DNA of 64,000 nt from Eledone cirrhosa (lineage: Eukaryota), in the NCBI GenBank assembly GCA_964016885.1, contig OZ024741.1, positions 91,202,001 to 91,266,000 of the forward strand, read 5' to 3'. Shown in pieces: positions 12,454 through 25,423 of the stretch (within the stretch, counting starts at the first letter, position 1; every line of letters begins with the position of its first letter). The notes below the pieces were generated by a model, which saw nothing but the letters and a program-made list of their open reading frames with translations, made no database searches and had not been told where the DNA came from. The position numbers and the translations under genes were made by a program.

Positions 12454-13045
12454 TTTACACATCTCACCGTGTAACACACTTCTCTTTGTGAAATATATTT
12501 GTATCTGAGCTCAGAAGAAAATTCTCTATTCTTCTTTGAGCTATTATTATTATTATTATTACTGTGAACTGCGGAATACTCTTAATTCCGATAATCGTAC
12601 ACTTAACGAGCTCCAAATTGTTTAGCTAATAAATTCGAATGGTTGGGCTGCTCTCTCTAGCATTTCCCCAATCCACGAGAGCCGTTATTTGATGCAAATA
12701 ACACGTGATTTCGCCCTACCCTGGGCAGCGTGTATATTAGCTTTCTCTCTATCCATGAGGTTAGATGTGTAGTAAACAGAATCCACATTTGCTGATTGAT
12801 GAACCTATGGCTGTTAAACTGCACATTTCTGTGGGGAAACGAACTTGATTCGTATCAGCAAACTTATAGTTATAAGGTTGGTAATTTAAAACTCTAATTC
12901 AGAGATTTGATTCTGGCTTAGTTTTTTTCTATTTAATTGCTAAACCTGTAGATATTGTTTTCTATACAGTAACGGTAAAACTCACTTGTAATAATTCTTT
13001 ACACACATCTTACTGTGTAACACACTTCTCTTTGTGTAATATATT

Positions 13046-13050
<5 letters not shown>
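12454..13050 (+). mobile_element. Terminally redundant ~546-nt unit with a hammerhead (retrozyme-like)
   Basis: ACATCT.AC.GTGTAACACACTTCTCTTTGTG.AATATATTTGTAT at both 12459 and 13005. Confidence 0.65.
12788..12862 (+). ncRNA. Hammerhead, C3U variant, full-length stems
   Basis: TTTGCTGA-TTGATGA-ACCTATGG...CTGTGGG-GAAA-CGAA-CTTGA-TTCG-TA-TCAGCAAA. Confidence 0.75.
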
Positions 13051-13130
<80 letters not shown>

Positions 13131-13274
13131 GTTAAAATACTGGAGCGTGTTGGAGTTAAACACCCTCTTCGTATTATAGAAATGACAGTAAAAGGTATAG
13201 CTCAATGTAGTTAAACAGAGCCGAAAAATTAAGAGAGTAAAACAAAGAAGCCTTCAATACATCAAAAGTCTTTA

Positions 13275-13317
13275 TTAGCCGACAATGTTTCGTCCTATTA
13301 AGGACTCATCAGGGCAA
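13275..13317 (-). ncRNA. Canonical hammerhead in 3' pseudo-LTR
   Basis: Minus strand GCC-CTGATGA-GTCC-TTAATA-GGAC-GAAA-CATTG-TC-GGC. Confidence 0.9.
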
Positions 13318-13984
13318 TTAAAACAACAAGAAGTAATATCGGCAGATACAAGCCGGAAGCTCCGAAGAATATGGAGTGTACATACACTAAAGTATTGCAA
13401 AAATATATAATAAAAATAATAAAAATATATAATAAAAATTACTAAGGATGTATATAACATTAAGAACCATATTACAAATATAGTCCAACGCAAAAAAACC
13501 TAGAGCTAAACAAAGGTGGTTATATAGAGCAGGAATTATATATAATATCATGTAATATAATATAATATAATATACCTTTACCAACATTAAAATTACAATA
13601 AAAATCAAAAGGTACAATATGGATATGTATATATGTGCGCACACGTACACACACATACACATACAACAATACACACATCCATCTTCAACTGCACAAATTA
13701 AACCTTATTAAGAGTTTGAATATAAAAATAAGCATGATAGGAATGAAAATAATAATAATAATAATACTAATACATCTACCCAATATACATGAGGTAATAA
13801 TATGATATAATTATAAGTAGCACATATAATAAATAATAAATAATACAATTATATACTATATAATACAATATAATAGAATAGATAATCTCCGGTTAATTTA
13901 CACAAACAATATAGATGTCACAATAATAATATACTAACATTTATAATATACAATATACTAACATTTATAATAAACAATATATAA

Positions 13985-14166
13985 TTGTTTCTACTTTTGG
14001 CACAAGGCCAGCAATTATTCCAGTATATTACTGGTACTTTATTTTATCGACCCCGTAGGGATGAAAGGCAAAGTCAACCTCGGCGGGATCTGAACTCAGA
14101 TCGTAAAGGAACGTAACTATGCTGGAATGCATGTCCGACACTCTACCGATACTGCCAATTCACCGA
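13985..14166 (-). mobile_element. tRNA-derived SINE inserted in the PLE 3' UTR
   Basis: A box TGGCAGTATCGGTAGAG, B box GAGTTCAGATCCC, core GCCTTTCATCC...GGGGTCGATAAAATAAAGTACCAG. Confidence 0.85.
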
Positions 14167-15286
14167 CAATATATAATGGTACTCAAGTTAACAAATCAAT
14201 TCATACTGGGTTACAGAGTAGGTGAGGAAAAATAAATTGTACAATACCCCAAAAAAAATTTTGATGGTACAAAAGTACAAACATCTTACATGATATATAA
14301 AGTTTAACATATCATAATGTTACAAATAATTAACGGTAAGTAATAAGGATCAATATTACAATAAAAAATACAATATAATATAATATATTATATAAAATAA
14401 ATTAACATAATATAATATATAATTACTTATAATTACAAGGTTGGTAGACAGACATGCATATGGATGAGTGAGTAAGTGCCAGACAGTAAATATAATGCAC
14501 AGTAGTATTACAAATAAAATATAAAATATAAAATATAGAATAAAATAAATAAATAAAATCAACCGGAAATTAAAAAACAAAAACAAACGTATACATTTAG
14601 GTCTCACATGCAGTTAAGTAGTTAAGTAAAAACTAAGGAAACAACCCCTGTAAATGACTCAAAAACCCAATTTGATAAATTAATATTAAAAATATTTAAA
14701 CTATCCAATAAGGCAGTATAATATTAGCTATAGTTTAAGTCATTAAAGTTTATAAACGTTAATATTTCGTTACAAATGTTTACAAAAAGGAATGAAAATT
14801 TTTTACTATCATATACATAACGATATCTAAAAAACTGACTTAAGCAGAATTAAGGTAGGGACAGAAATGAAGAAATATACGGAGGATGCAAAGGGGCATA
14901 AAAAATAGTCGATATACTATATTACATAATAGAAAGGAGCGTAAAAGAGGGGGGGGGGTTTAAATATAATCATAGTCAATTTGGAGGGGTTGATAATAAA
15001 TTTATGTGCGCATGGGGGGGGGGGGTCCAAAGAAGAATCCGAATAAAAATAAAAATAAAAATAAGAATAAAATAAAATAAATAGCGTAAAATATATAATC
15101 TTATATACATTCATAAGGTGTAATAGTGAAAATTTAATGCGTAAGAAGATAGATATGGTACAGTAGCCAAAAGATTATGAGAGGTAGAATAAAGAGTCAT
15201 CAAAAACAAATGATAATAATGATGATAATAATAATGTTGGCAAACAAAAGAACCTAAACTAAAAAATAAATAATGGAATATATCAG

Positions 15287-17903
15287 CTAATGGGTACAAT
15301 TTGTACTACTAGAACGTTTAGGTTTATAATAAAAGTATGAATTAGAAATAGCGTGGAGGCAAGAAGAGAATATCTCAGTCTTTCTATTAAGTAAGGATGC
15401 GCTAGAGAAGATTATAGAGTGTGTCTCGAGGATACAGAGATTACAAAACTTAGTATGTGTAGAAAGGTGGTTAGAGCGTGCTACTAAACGCCAGTTAAGG
15501 CTATATGGTATATTAGCTCCCTTAAGATCCCAGATATAATGTGCTAAAGAAGTAGAATTCTTAAACTTAACATGCTTGAAATTAGAGATATGAGAGTTAA
15601 ACCTAGTCTTAAAAGTGTTAGATGTAGAGCCTATATAAGTTCTATTAGAGGAATTAGCTATAACTTCGCAAGCATAGACAATGTTCTTAGAAAGGCAGTT
15701 ACCGTTTAAAGGGCAGTTAGCACTCACTCTACAATTGCACTTCCGGGTGTTATTGGTTGGCTCAAGTGGTGATGCATTACACGTAGGATTGCTATTAGAT
15801 AAGGACTGTTCTGGTGGTAATGCATTGCTAGATCTGTTCAGACTAGTAGTATGTAGAGAGGAGAATCCATCCCCATTTTTCCTATTGTTAGTGCTAGCTA
15901 AATGAGAACTAATATTAGGGGTGGTAGAGAATGAAAGTTTAATAACATTTTTATTAAAAATACTATGGTATTTATGAGAAGGGGGGAAATTTTTCTCTAA
16001 GATAGAGAAGAAAGACCTAGGGATATTAGTTGATACTTCCTGATTATATGGCGGGTTAAAATAAGTATTTAATCGCCTTCTATTTTTATTCTTACCGACT
16101 CTACCATTATCAAATATCCCACCATCGAGACTAGGGTTACTACAAGGATTAGTTAAAGCCGCATTCATAGAATCAGCCAAAATTTCATTAAGTCTATTAC
16201 AGTTTCTACCTCCAGTAGATCTGCTGCTGTCCGGAATCCCATCATAAGGATTAGGGCCAATGATAGGATCAGTAGGAGCAACATTATTAGAATAAGATCC
16301 AGCAAAATTATCACCAATGTGTGAGCGCTCAGGGGGTTCAACTCGTTTCCTAGAGGTATTATATTCACTATTACGAGTCCGGTGGGTTAACTTATGGATG
16401 GGTTCAGATACACCTATATAATTTTTACGGTTACTATGTTTGCTACTCCCATTCATGGCCATGTTATGTGATATTATGTTATTATTATTAAAAGTAGACG
16501 GAGACTTTCTAAGGTTACTATTATTATAGTGTATTTTACTAGGGTAACCTGAATTTGCTAGGGCATTATTATAGTACTCCGCATGTTCATTGAATGTTCC
16601 TACGTCCTTAGAGAGTGTGGAAATCCTATTAGATACACCCTTAATTATAGAGCTTATCATAGACTTGGGGTGGTTAGAATTGGGACTAACATAAGAAAGT
16701 ATTTCATTAGGCTTATGGAAGGGTTTAAAACTATTAGTGACCAAGTCCAAAGTCACATCTAAAAAGTTAACCGCTCTATCATTTCTATCTATCGTGATCG
16801 AAAGGTTATAGCTTTTAAAAAACTTATACAGCTTCTTCTTATTATGTTCTACATTGTTGGTGCTAGAGTTAATTACAAACAATGCATCATCACGATATAG
16901 TCCGCCTATAAGGTGCGGGAAGGTAGCATATAGTTCATTAAGGAGGAACAACCCAACAAGATCAGTAACCTGGGCCGAATCACTCGAACCCATTGTAACG
17001 TCGAAATTATTGGGCGTGTTTTTACGGGTCCAAAATGTGTCCTCAAATTTAATAATAGTTTTACGGGCTGCTAGTATAATATCTACCTGTGATCGTGTAA
17101 GGCTGGACACTCTCATGGCCAACATTAAAGCTTTATTGAGGAGGATGGGTGAAATTGATGTGTAGTAGGCATCAATATCGAATTGGATAAACTTATTAGA
17201 TTCAAGTCTATTAATCCCGGAGAACCAATCTATAACTTCCTTAGTGTTCCCCCATAGGTTAAAATTAACCTTATCCCTAACATCTGGTATAATAAGGTCA
17301 AGGATTTTTTTTACTGATAATGGCTATATCAGACTTAGAAGGACAGATGAGTCTAACAGAGGGGTTACTAATAAAATCAACCTTATGATCCTTAAGAGTG
17401 AATCTCGGTTCTCGAGGGTAATATGGCTGGGTATACTTATCGAGGCCGAGGTCAGAGACAATTCTAAGGCCCTCACTATTGATGTGGTTCAAATTCTCAA
17501 GCGTAGTTTTTTTATAGTTTCTATGCAGCTCCTTATAAATAAAGTCGCGGTAAGCACTATAATCCATGGAGTATAGATTCTTAGTCTTATCTGCCGGGAC
17601 AAGAATGGACTTATTCTCACCGAAACCCTTAACAATATTTTTAAGTCTAGACTGGAACTTATCAAAATTATTATAATTTCTATGTCTATTACTTGGCCTA
17701 TACCTAATATTTTTGATAAGAGAGAGTAAGTCACTTTCAAAACTATCTAACAGAATATTGTGTGGTGGGCTCTTATAAGTTTTGAAGCCGTAGTTATTAA
17801 AATTAGTTCTATTCCTGGGGTCCTTCCTATTCTTATTATTATCATAGTGGAAATCACGCCATCTAATCCTTTTTACAAAGGAGTTAACACTAGCTATCAA
17901 TAG
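15287..17903 (-). pseudogene. PLE polyprotein: RT, CxCx5C linker, GIY-YIG (one frameshift in the T-run at about 17305-17312)
   Basis: PADKT, LKDHK..PSVRLICP, FDIDAYYTSI (17140-17185), [43 protein letters not shown]. Confidence 0.92.
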
Positions 17904-18092
17904 TTTGTTTAGCTCTAGGTTTTTTGCTTTGGACTATATATGGTTCTTAATGTTATATACATCCTTAGTAATTTTTATTATATATTTTTATTATTTTTAT
18001 TATATATTTTTGCAATACTTTAGTGTATGTACACTCCATATTCTTCGGAGCTTCCGGCTTGTATCTGCCGATATTACTTCTTGTTGTTTTAA

Positions 18093-18135
18093 TTGCCCTG
18101 ATGAGTCCTTAATAGGACGAAACATTGTCGGCTAA
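18093..18135 (+). ncRNA. Canonical hammerhead in inverted pseudo-LTR
   Basis: GCC-CTGATGA-GTCC-TTAATA-GGAC-GAAA-CATTG-TC-GGC. Confidence 0.9.
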
Positions 18136-18232
18136 TAAAGACTTTTGATGTATTGAAGGCTTCTTTGTTTTACTCTCTTAATTATATATATATATATATA
18201 GATTAATTTGATTATTTTAATAAACAAAAAAT

Positions 18233-18274
<42 letters not shown>

Positions 18275-18336
18275 ATGCCAATCATTATAAGTTTGAATCT
18301 GACATGCAAATATAATACATATATATATATATGCAT

Positions 18337-19200
18337 AAAGTAAGCTCAAATCAGAGTAGATCAAATATCACAGAGATAAAGAGAGAGAATGAGGAGGAGT
18401 TGGAGAAATGAGGTGCAACAGAAATGAAACATGAACTTCAGCTTAAAATATAGTCTAGAGAGATGAGAAACAAAACGAGGATGTAGTTTATGGAACACCC
18501 AAATGTTTTAGAAGTGGACCTTAAGTAGGAGCAATAATATTAAGAAAGATATGACCGACACCACGCCATTTTATCTTGAAATTTTTGAAAGTAGGTTTAT
18601 AATTATGAATTTTCGGGACATTTTCGTATCTGTCTCAGTGGACTAACGGTAGGTACTATAGACGGTGAGGATTCTGGTCTAGGGTCCAACCCTGGTCGAG
18701 AGGTACATGTAATATTTCTCAGTTTTTATTTTACATCCCATAGAAAAAAAAATTGAAAAGGTTTACCGGGAACCCTACTCCCGACCAGGATCGAACTTCA
18801 GACCAGGATCACCACCGTCTCTAGTATCTACCAGTAGAACGCCCAGACAGCTGCAAGAGTATAACAAAATTAATAATTATAAACCTACTTTCAAAATCAA
18901 ATTTAAAAAGTTGTATTGTCTGTCATGTCTTTCCTAGAGCTATTAGTCATATTTAGGGTCGACTTGTCAATCTTCTGGCTCTGCGATTTGGCAGTATCGG
19001 TAGAGGGTTGGACGTCATGCTTGCTAGCATAGTTACGTCCTATTACGGTCTGAGTTCAAATCCCGTCGAGGTTAACTTTGCCTTTCATCCTTACGGGGTC
19101 GATAAAATAAAGTACCAGTAATGCACTGGGTGATTGCTGGCCTTGTGCCAAAAGTAGAAATAATTCTTATTCCTATGTGTATGATTTAACTGTTGAATTA
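18337..19200. repeat. Unclassified hairpin repeat (copy 2), interrupted by a SINE
   Basis: Homologous to 8800-9480. Confidence 0.75.
18985..19165 (+). mobile_element. tRNA-derived SINE
   Basis: A/B boxes and the same central core as the other copies. Confidence 0.85.
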
Positions 19201-19604
19201 ATCTTAAATCTCATACTAGTATCTCCCAATTAATCTCTAATTTATGCTTTTTCTTTTATCTGTCACTACCTCAGACTCTCTACACGTATCTATATATGTT
19301 TCGAATATGACTTTTCATGTTAGCACTAAACCCACCACATAATCCTTATACGAACACTTACTCACCACCACCACTATCATATTCTGTACTTACATGCTCT
19401 CACTTATCCTTATTTCTTTCTTTATATTTGTATTATTTTTCCATTTTCTTACTTTTTTACAGTATCTTTTTCTTATCTTTTACTTTTTACTTTTTACATC
19501 TGTAACTTCTCTACCTATTTATCATATATATTTTATTATTGATATTATTGTTTTGATTATACGCTATTTCTCTCTATATACCTTGCCTTGAGTGAATTGT
19601 TTTT

Positions 19605-19715
19605 GTATTCTGAGGAGTTGGTCAGAGGTAAATAATGTAATGGAGATTGAGTGACGCAACTTCGAACGATTAGCGACCTCTAGACTCACCTGATCAATGA
19701 AACAATTGTCAATAC
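19605..19715 (+). ncRNA. Hammerhead with ~65-nt insertion in stem II
   Basis: GTATT-CTGAGGA-GTTGGTCAG...CTGATCAAT-GAAA-CAATTG-TC-AATAC. Confidence 0.85.
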
Positions 19716-20140
19716 CTGAAATAAAGCCCCTTGTTGTACAGCCAACCATGTTACTCTTCATTCTTTCACTATTATTACTCCAAGTATAACCTACATAGGA
19801 ATTACCGCGAACTCGCTGCCTAACTATGGAAACATCTTGTTGAGTTAAACAAAGCCGTACGTTAAAACTATCCACGACGCAGAGTACTCACAACCTCTAA
19901 CTGGATTACCTATAACGATAACTTGTTACCCCATATATATATATATATATATATATTGAGTGCGTGTGAAAGACCAAAGGTTATTATTGAAAGCCTCTTG
20001 ATTTCGCAAAATACATATTTTTCATTGGAGAAGGTAAGATATTTTTCCGCAAAAATTTAATTGTACTGTTTTGTTTCCACACAAATTTAATTGCACTGTT
20101 TTGTATTTTTTGAAAATGTTATTTATTCATTACAAAAATC

Positions 20141-21032
20141 GGCGATATCCAATTTTAGCTGTCTAAATGCCGCTTACTTGCTGCAGTTGCTGCTTACTTC
20201 AATGTATGAGGCTATTCCAACAAATTTACATTCCCCCTTTTTTTAGCCGTTAAAAGAAATATAGATTTATTTATTTTTATTTTTTTGCGATTTATTTGCC
20301 ACTGGGCATAGATTTCTTTATTTGCCCCTTTTTTGTTTGTTTGTTTTTTTGCGATTTATTAGCCTTTTGGGGTCACACACGCCCCCGTAGAAAGTGTGCG
20401 ACCTTTCTGCCAGGGAGCACAGAGAGAGGGGGGTGCTCCCTTCTCTTACCTGTACAAGCCGATATACAGAGATGGACCACTTACACGGGCCATTATTGCT
20501 ACTTTCACCCATCTTTCATGGAATTGGCTGGGACTGAGTGCCTTTTTCGGGTGAAAGTAGCAATAATGGCCCGTGTAAGTGGGCCATCTCTCTATATCGG
20601 CTTGTACAGGTAAGAGAAGAAGGGAGCACCCCCCTCTCTCTGTACTCCCTGGCAGAAAGGTCGCACACTTTCTACGGGGATGTGTGTGACCCCAAAAGGC
20701 TAATAAATCGCAAAAAACAAACAAACAAAAAAGGGGCAAATAAAGAAATCTATGCCCCAGTGGCAAAAAGGTCACACACTTTCTACGGGGGTGTGTGTGA
20801 CCCCAAAAGGCTAATAAATCGCAAAAAAACAAACAAACAAAAAAGGGGCAAATAAAGAAATCTATGCCCAGTGGCAAATAAATCGCAAAAAAATAAAAAT
20901 AAATAAATCTATATTTCTTTTAACGGCTAAAAAAAGGGGGAATGTAAATTTGTTGGAATAGCCTCATACATTGAAGTAAGCAGCAACTGCAGCAAGTAAG
21001 CGGCATTTAGACAGCTAAAATTGGATATCGCC
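20141..21032. mobile_element. Foldback MITE, probably Merlin superfamily
   Basis: ~370-bp near-perfect inverted arms starting GGCGATATCC; exact 8-bp TSD CAAAAATC at 20133-20140 and 21033-21040; ~111-bp tandem duplication in the right arm. Confidence 0.85.
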
Positions 21033-21144
21033 CAAAAATCAAATGATAGCATTCTATATGTAGGTGGACCCCCTTCATCTCTTGGCAACCATTATTTTTA
21101 GACCAAGTACGCCACTGCATATATATATATATATATATATATAT

Positions 21145-22095
21145 ACTAGACATGAAAAATGCGCAAGCTCAAAAGTGCCACAGAATGTTATAATAAACCT
21201 TCAAAAGTGTGGGACTAGAGTTGTTGCTAAAAAATATTGTAATCATTATATATCGTACATTCTGTGGCATCCTTTATAAAAATAGCTTAAACCAACGAAG
21301 CCTTTATTTTCACGCTATTTCACTTAGTTAATTCTTAGAGTGTAACATATAAAAATATGATTTACAACTATAAAATAAATTAATTAATATAATAACAGAG
21401 CTGCGGAGCTGAAATTTAGGAAATAAGGGAATATCGGATCCTGAGTTGGAGCCAGTCAATTTTTGGCCGACTCCGCAGCCCTGTATAATACATTTCATAT
21501 TAAAGTTATTAATAAACCTATTTTACACTGCATGCAAATTACCATGAGATATTGATATTAGATATAAGATACAGCGCAATATCTACAGCTGTAAAAGTAC
21601 GAAAGCGAAGTAATAATAAGTGGCTTAAGGTAATATGAAAGTTTGTAGTGATAAAAATTTGATAATGCAATACGATTGTTAATATTATAGTTCTATGAAA
21701 ATGTAACAATAGATAACTAAATTATTTTACTATTAGTATATTTAAGAAATTATCATTATAGATTTGATCGTTCATATAAGCATCATATTAATTTTCAACA
21801 CAATTATTTTGTTACTATGAGTATATGATAATAATATTACGTAATTATTTATAGCTGTTATTACATTAAACATAGATGTATTTATTTTTATATGTTACAC
21901 TCTAAGAATTAACTAAGTGAAATAGCGTAAAAATAAAGGCTTCGTTGGTTTAAGCTATTTTTATAAAGGATGCCACAGAATGTACGATATATAATGATTA
22001 CAATATTTTTTAGCAACAACTCTAGTCCCACACTTTTGAAGGTTTATTATAACATTCTGTGGCACTTTTGAGCTTGCGCATTTTTCATGTCTAGT
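21145..22095. mobile_element. Element with ~210-bp terminal inverted repeats, unclassified
   Basis: 21145-21357 is the reverse complement of 21883-22095; AT-rich core; no clear TSD. Confidence 0.75.
21396..21483. mobile_element. 88-bp hAT-like MITE nested in the previous element
   Basis: TIRs CAGAGCTGCGGAG / CTCCGCAGCCCTG; 7/8 TSD TATAATAA/TATAATAC. Confidence 0.65.
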
Positions 22096-22653
22096 TTAAT
22101 ATTTTTTTAAGGCAACGCTTGTAATAACTCTAGTTAAACAGGATATATATTAATAATAAATTATCGTTGTAATGTAATTAGATTATGTAATTGTTATTAT
22201 AAATTATCTTATAAATATTAGTGTAAGATGTATAAAAATATTTTCAGACTTTTAATATAAACAACTACAAAAAACAATCAATATTAAATCAATATATTAT
22301 ACATAATAGAAAACATAAAATAAACAATACAAAAACAAAATATTTACATACAATTGCAATTATCAGTGTATATACATTTTCTTTATATTCCCTGAGCAAA
22401 TTAATAAGATTTGTTTTTATTGTACATAATTTGATGACTTGTTGGAGTGTATTAAAAGATAGCAACAATTTGTGATTAAATTGTTATCTTAAGCAACTCA
22501 CTTTTTAATAGTTGTTGGCTGAGCGAAATTGTAAAAGCCTATGAGCAAATATAAAAAAAAATACACAAACAACATTTCCTTGTGTTATTACAACATTAGA
22601 TAAAATAATTGAGCAATGTCGTTATATTTTGCTCTTATTGCACATTAATAGTG

Positions 22654-22817
22654 TTTCTATTTTTCGGCACAAATCCATTACGGCAGTCCATTACTGGTAC
22701 TTTATTTTATCGAATTAGTAAGTATGAAAGTCGAAGTTAACCTCGGCAGGATTTGAACTTAGAATGCAAAGGACCATAACAATACTGCAAAGCATGGTGT
22801 CTGACGCTCTACCAATA
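22654..22817 (-). mobile_element. Diverged tRNA-derived SINE
   Basis: Same core as the other SINE copies. Confidence 0.7.
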
Positions 22818-23705
22818 CTTGTGTTGAGCTGGTCATTAATTTATGGTGGTCGTGCGTGGAGTAGAGCAATCGCTAGTTGAAATATTATGAACAAAACATT
22901 TTTATTTGCCGAAGAACATATTTTCAATACTGTTTGTGAATGTGACGAAGGAAATACATTCTGATATGGAACAGTGTACAAAGTGTGTCTGTGAATAACA
23001 TAATGTTACCTCATGTTGTTGTCAAGACATAATGGATTTCGTATATCCAGTTAGAAGATGAAACCTAGCCATCTCGGATTAGTTATATTTCATGCCATGT
23101 GTAAACGTGTTTGAGGATAGCAAAATATGCGTGTTTCTTGTCTGGAAACTTTCTGCTAAACTGATTGGTTTCGTTTTTGGCACTATACAATACTCATCCA
23201 ACAGATAGCTGTATTGGATCCTTGATTGGTTAATATTTAGGTGAGGGTGCTTGATGCAGAGTTAGTGCAAAATGGATCAATGAGTGTAATAATAATAATG
23301 ATAATAATAATGAAAATATTGTGTACAATGCTGAGGTGCACTACAACTCATCAAAAGTGCATATATAATACATAGGGTAATATAAAAACGTCAGGAAAAA
23401 AGAACAGTGCATGAGTCATGATATACACATATGTGCATGTGTATGGAAGGGGGACATCAGGTGTAGTTTTGGTGTATTTCGGAATGTATGATGGTTTTAA
23501 AGGATGCAGTGTGTCATCAGCTAACAACTGATGCAGGAAGTTTGTTCCATCCTTCAGCAACTCTGAGCATGAAGAAATATTTCCTAAAGTCATGGGAGCT
23601 GTGTTGTTTTCTGACTTTGTAGGCATGTCCACGTGTTAGACACATGGAGATCAAAAAGGTGTTCGGGGTTGTTGTTGGTCGGATGGTTAATAACTTTGTG
23701 GGTGT

Positions 23706-23939
23706 TTACCAAGTCCATTGCCAGAGGGAAGCAAAATATTCAGGGTATGGTAGGTGTCTGATGGAGGGTATGCGCTTGGTTGCATGTCTCTGAACAGTTT
23801 CCAGGAGGTCAATGTTCTGAGCAAGATAGGGGTTCCAGACTGATGACGCGAACTCCAAGTGTATTCGTACCATAGATGTATACAGCTTTAAATAGATGGC
23901 TGGAGAGCAGCTAATGAAGGTCTTGCTGATTGATGCCAA
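23706..23939 (-). pseudogene. CR1/L2-group LINE RT C-terminal fragment
   Basis: LYTSMVRIHLEFASSVWNPYLAQNIDLLETVQRHATKRIP. Confidence 0.85.
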
Positions 23940-24127
23940 GTCAATCTTAATAAATTGACTGATTTATCTGTTCACTACTGCTAATCCACCGCTGTTTGTA
24001 CAATTTTTTAGATAATGTCAATTTGAGCTTGAATCATTGGCGTAATGAAATTTGAAAAGATTATAAGCAAATCTTTTTTAAAATACACAGACAACATTTA
24101 ACTGTATCGTTGCAACATTAGATCTAA

Positions 24128-24306
24128 TAATTGTTTCTACTTTAGGCACAAGGCCAGCAATTACCCAGTGCATTACTGGTACTTTATTTTATCTACCCCG
24201 TAAGGATGAAAGGCAAAGTCAACCTCGGCAGGATTTGAACTCAGATCGTAAAGGGACGTAACTATGCTGGAAAGCATGGCATCCGACCCTCTACCAATAC
24301 TGCCAA
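24128..24306 (-). mobile_element. tRNA-derived SINE
   Basis: A/B boxes and core. Confidence 0.85.
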
Positions 24307-24963
24307 AATAATGGAGCAACATTTGTGCAGAATTATTGTTTGTGCAATAAGATATTTGCAGATCTGTACTTGGTCTGCTCTTTAGCCAACTCGGTACGTT
24401 TAGAAGCTCTACGCTCGGCTTGCTTTTGAGATATAATAGCTGAATTTGCAGATCTATACTTGGCCTGCTTGTTTGCCAACTCAAACCGTTTTGAACATCT
24501 ATACTTGGCCTGTTTTTGTGTTAATTTAGCAAAATTCACAGCTCTATAATCGGCCTGTTTTTGTCTCAACTTCTCCCGATTCCGCATCCGGTAAGCTGCT
24601 TTCACATCCAATTTAATACGCCCATCTAGATTATTAGCACAGGAATGTGAACAAGCTTGTGGGACCGCATCATTGTAAGTATATGAACTGCCTGCAACAT
24701 CAAGACCCAATTCACAAGTGCAGCGTTGCTCATTCACATCGGCAGTGGGGACACCAAAATCAGTGACAGGTCTCGATTCACTCGCGAGATACATCACAGC
24801 TACACTATATATTTAAACATATATACAGTGATACCTCGCTACTTGGCGGTTCAACTATCGCGGATTCACGATTTCGCGCAGTTTTAGAATATATATATGA
24901 ACACCTAAAATTTTTCATTAAATCCATTAAAATATTAATAATAAACACAGTTCTAATCATACG

Positions 24964-25018
<55 letters not shown>

Positions 25019-25106
25019 TAAGTAATTAATACCGTATAAATGGTACAAAGACTGTTTATGTAAAATGTATTTCTCAACAGAGTATTGAATACTTAGGAGA
25101 AATTCA

Positions 25107-25423
<317 letters not shown>

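Larger units (their letters stand above)
13127..18182 (-). mobile_element. Near-complete Penelope-like element (Hydra-type) with inverted 5' pseudo-LTR
   Basis: RT-GIY-YIG ORF 15287-17903; ~1.8-kb AT-rich 3' UTR; pseudo-LTR 13228-13512 is inverted at 17905-18182; (TA)n flanks. Confidence 0.93.

Noticed and set aside
15287-17903. Selenocysteine-recoding (Naiad-type) PLE
   Set aside because: GIY-YIG is C-terminal and the 612-aa frame has no in-frame TGA
23470-23860. CTGATGA matches at about 23514 (minus) and 23840 (plus)
   Set aside because: No pairable stem II closing onto GAAA; chance heptamers in or near a LINE fragment
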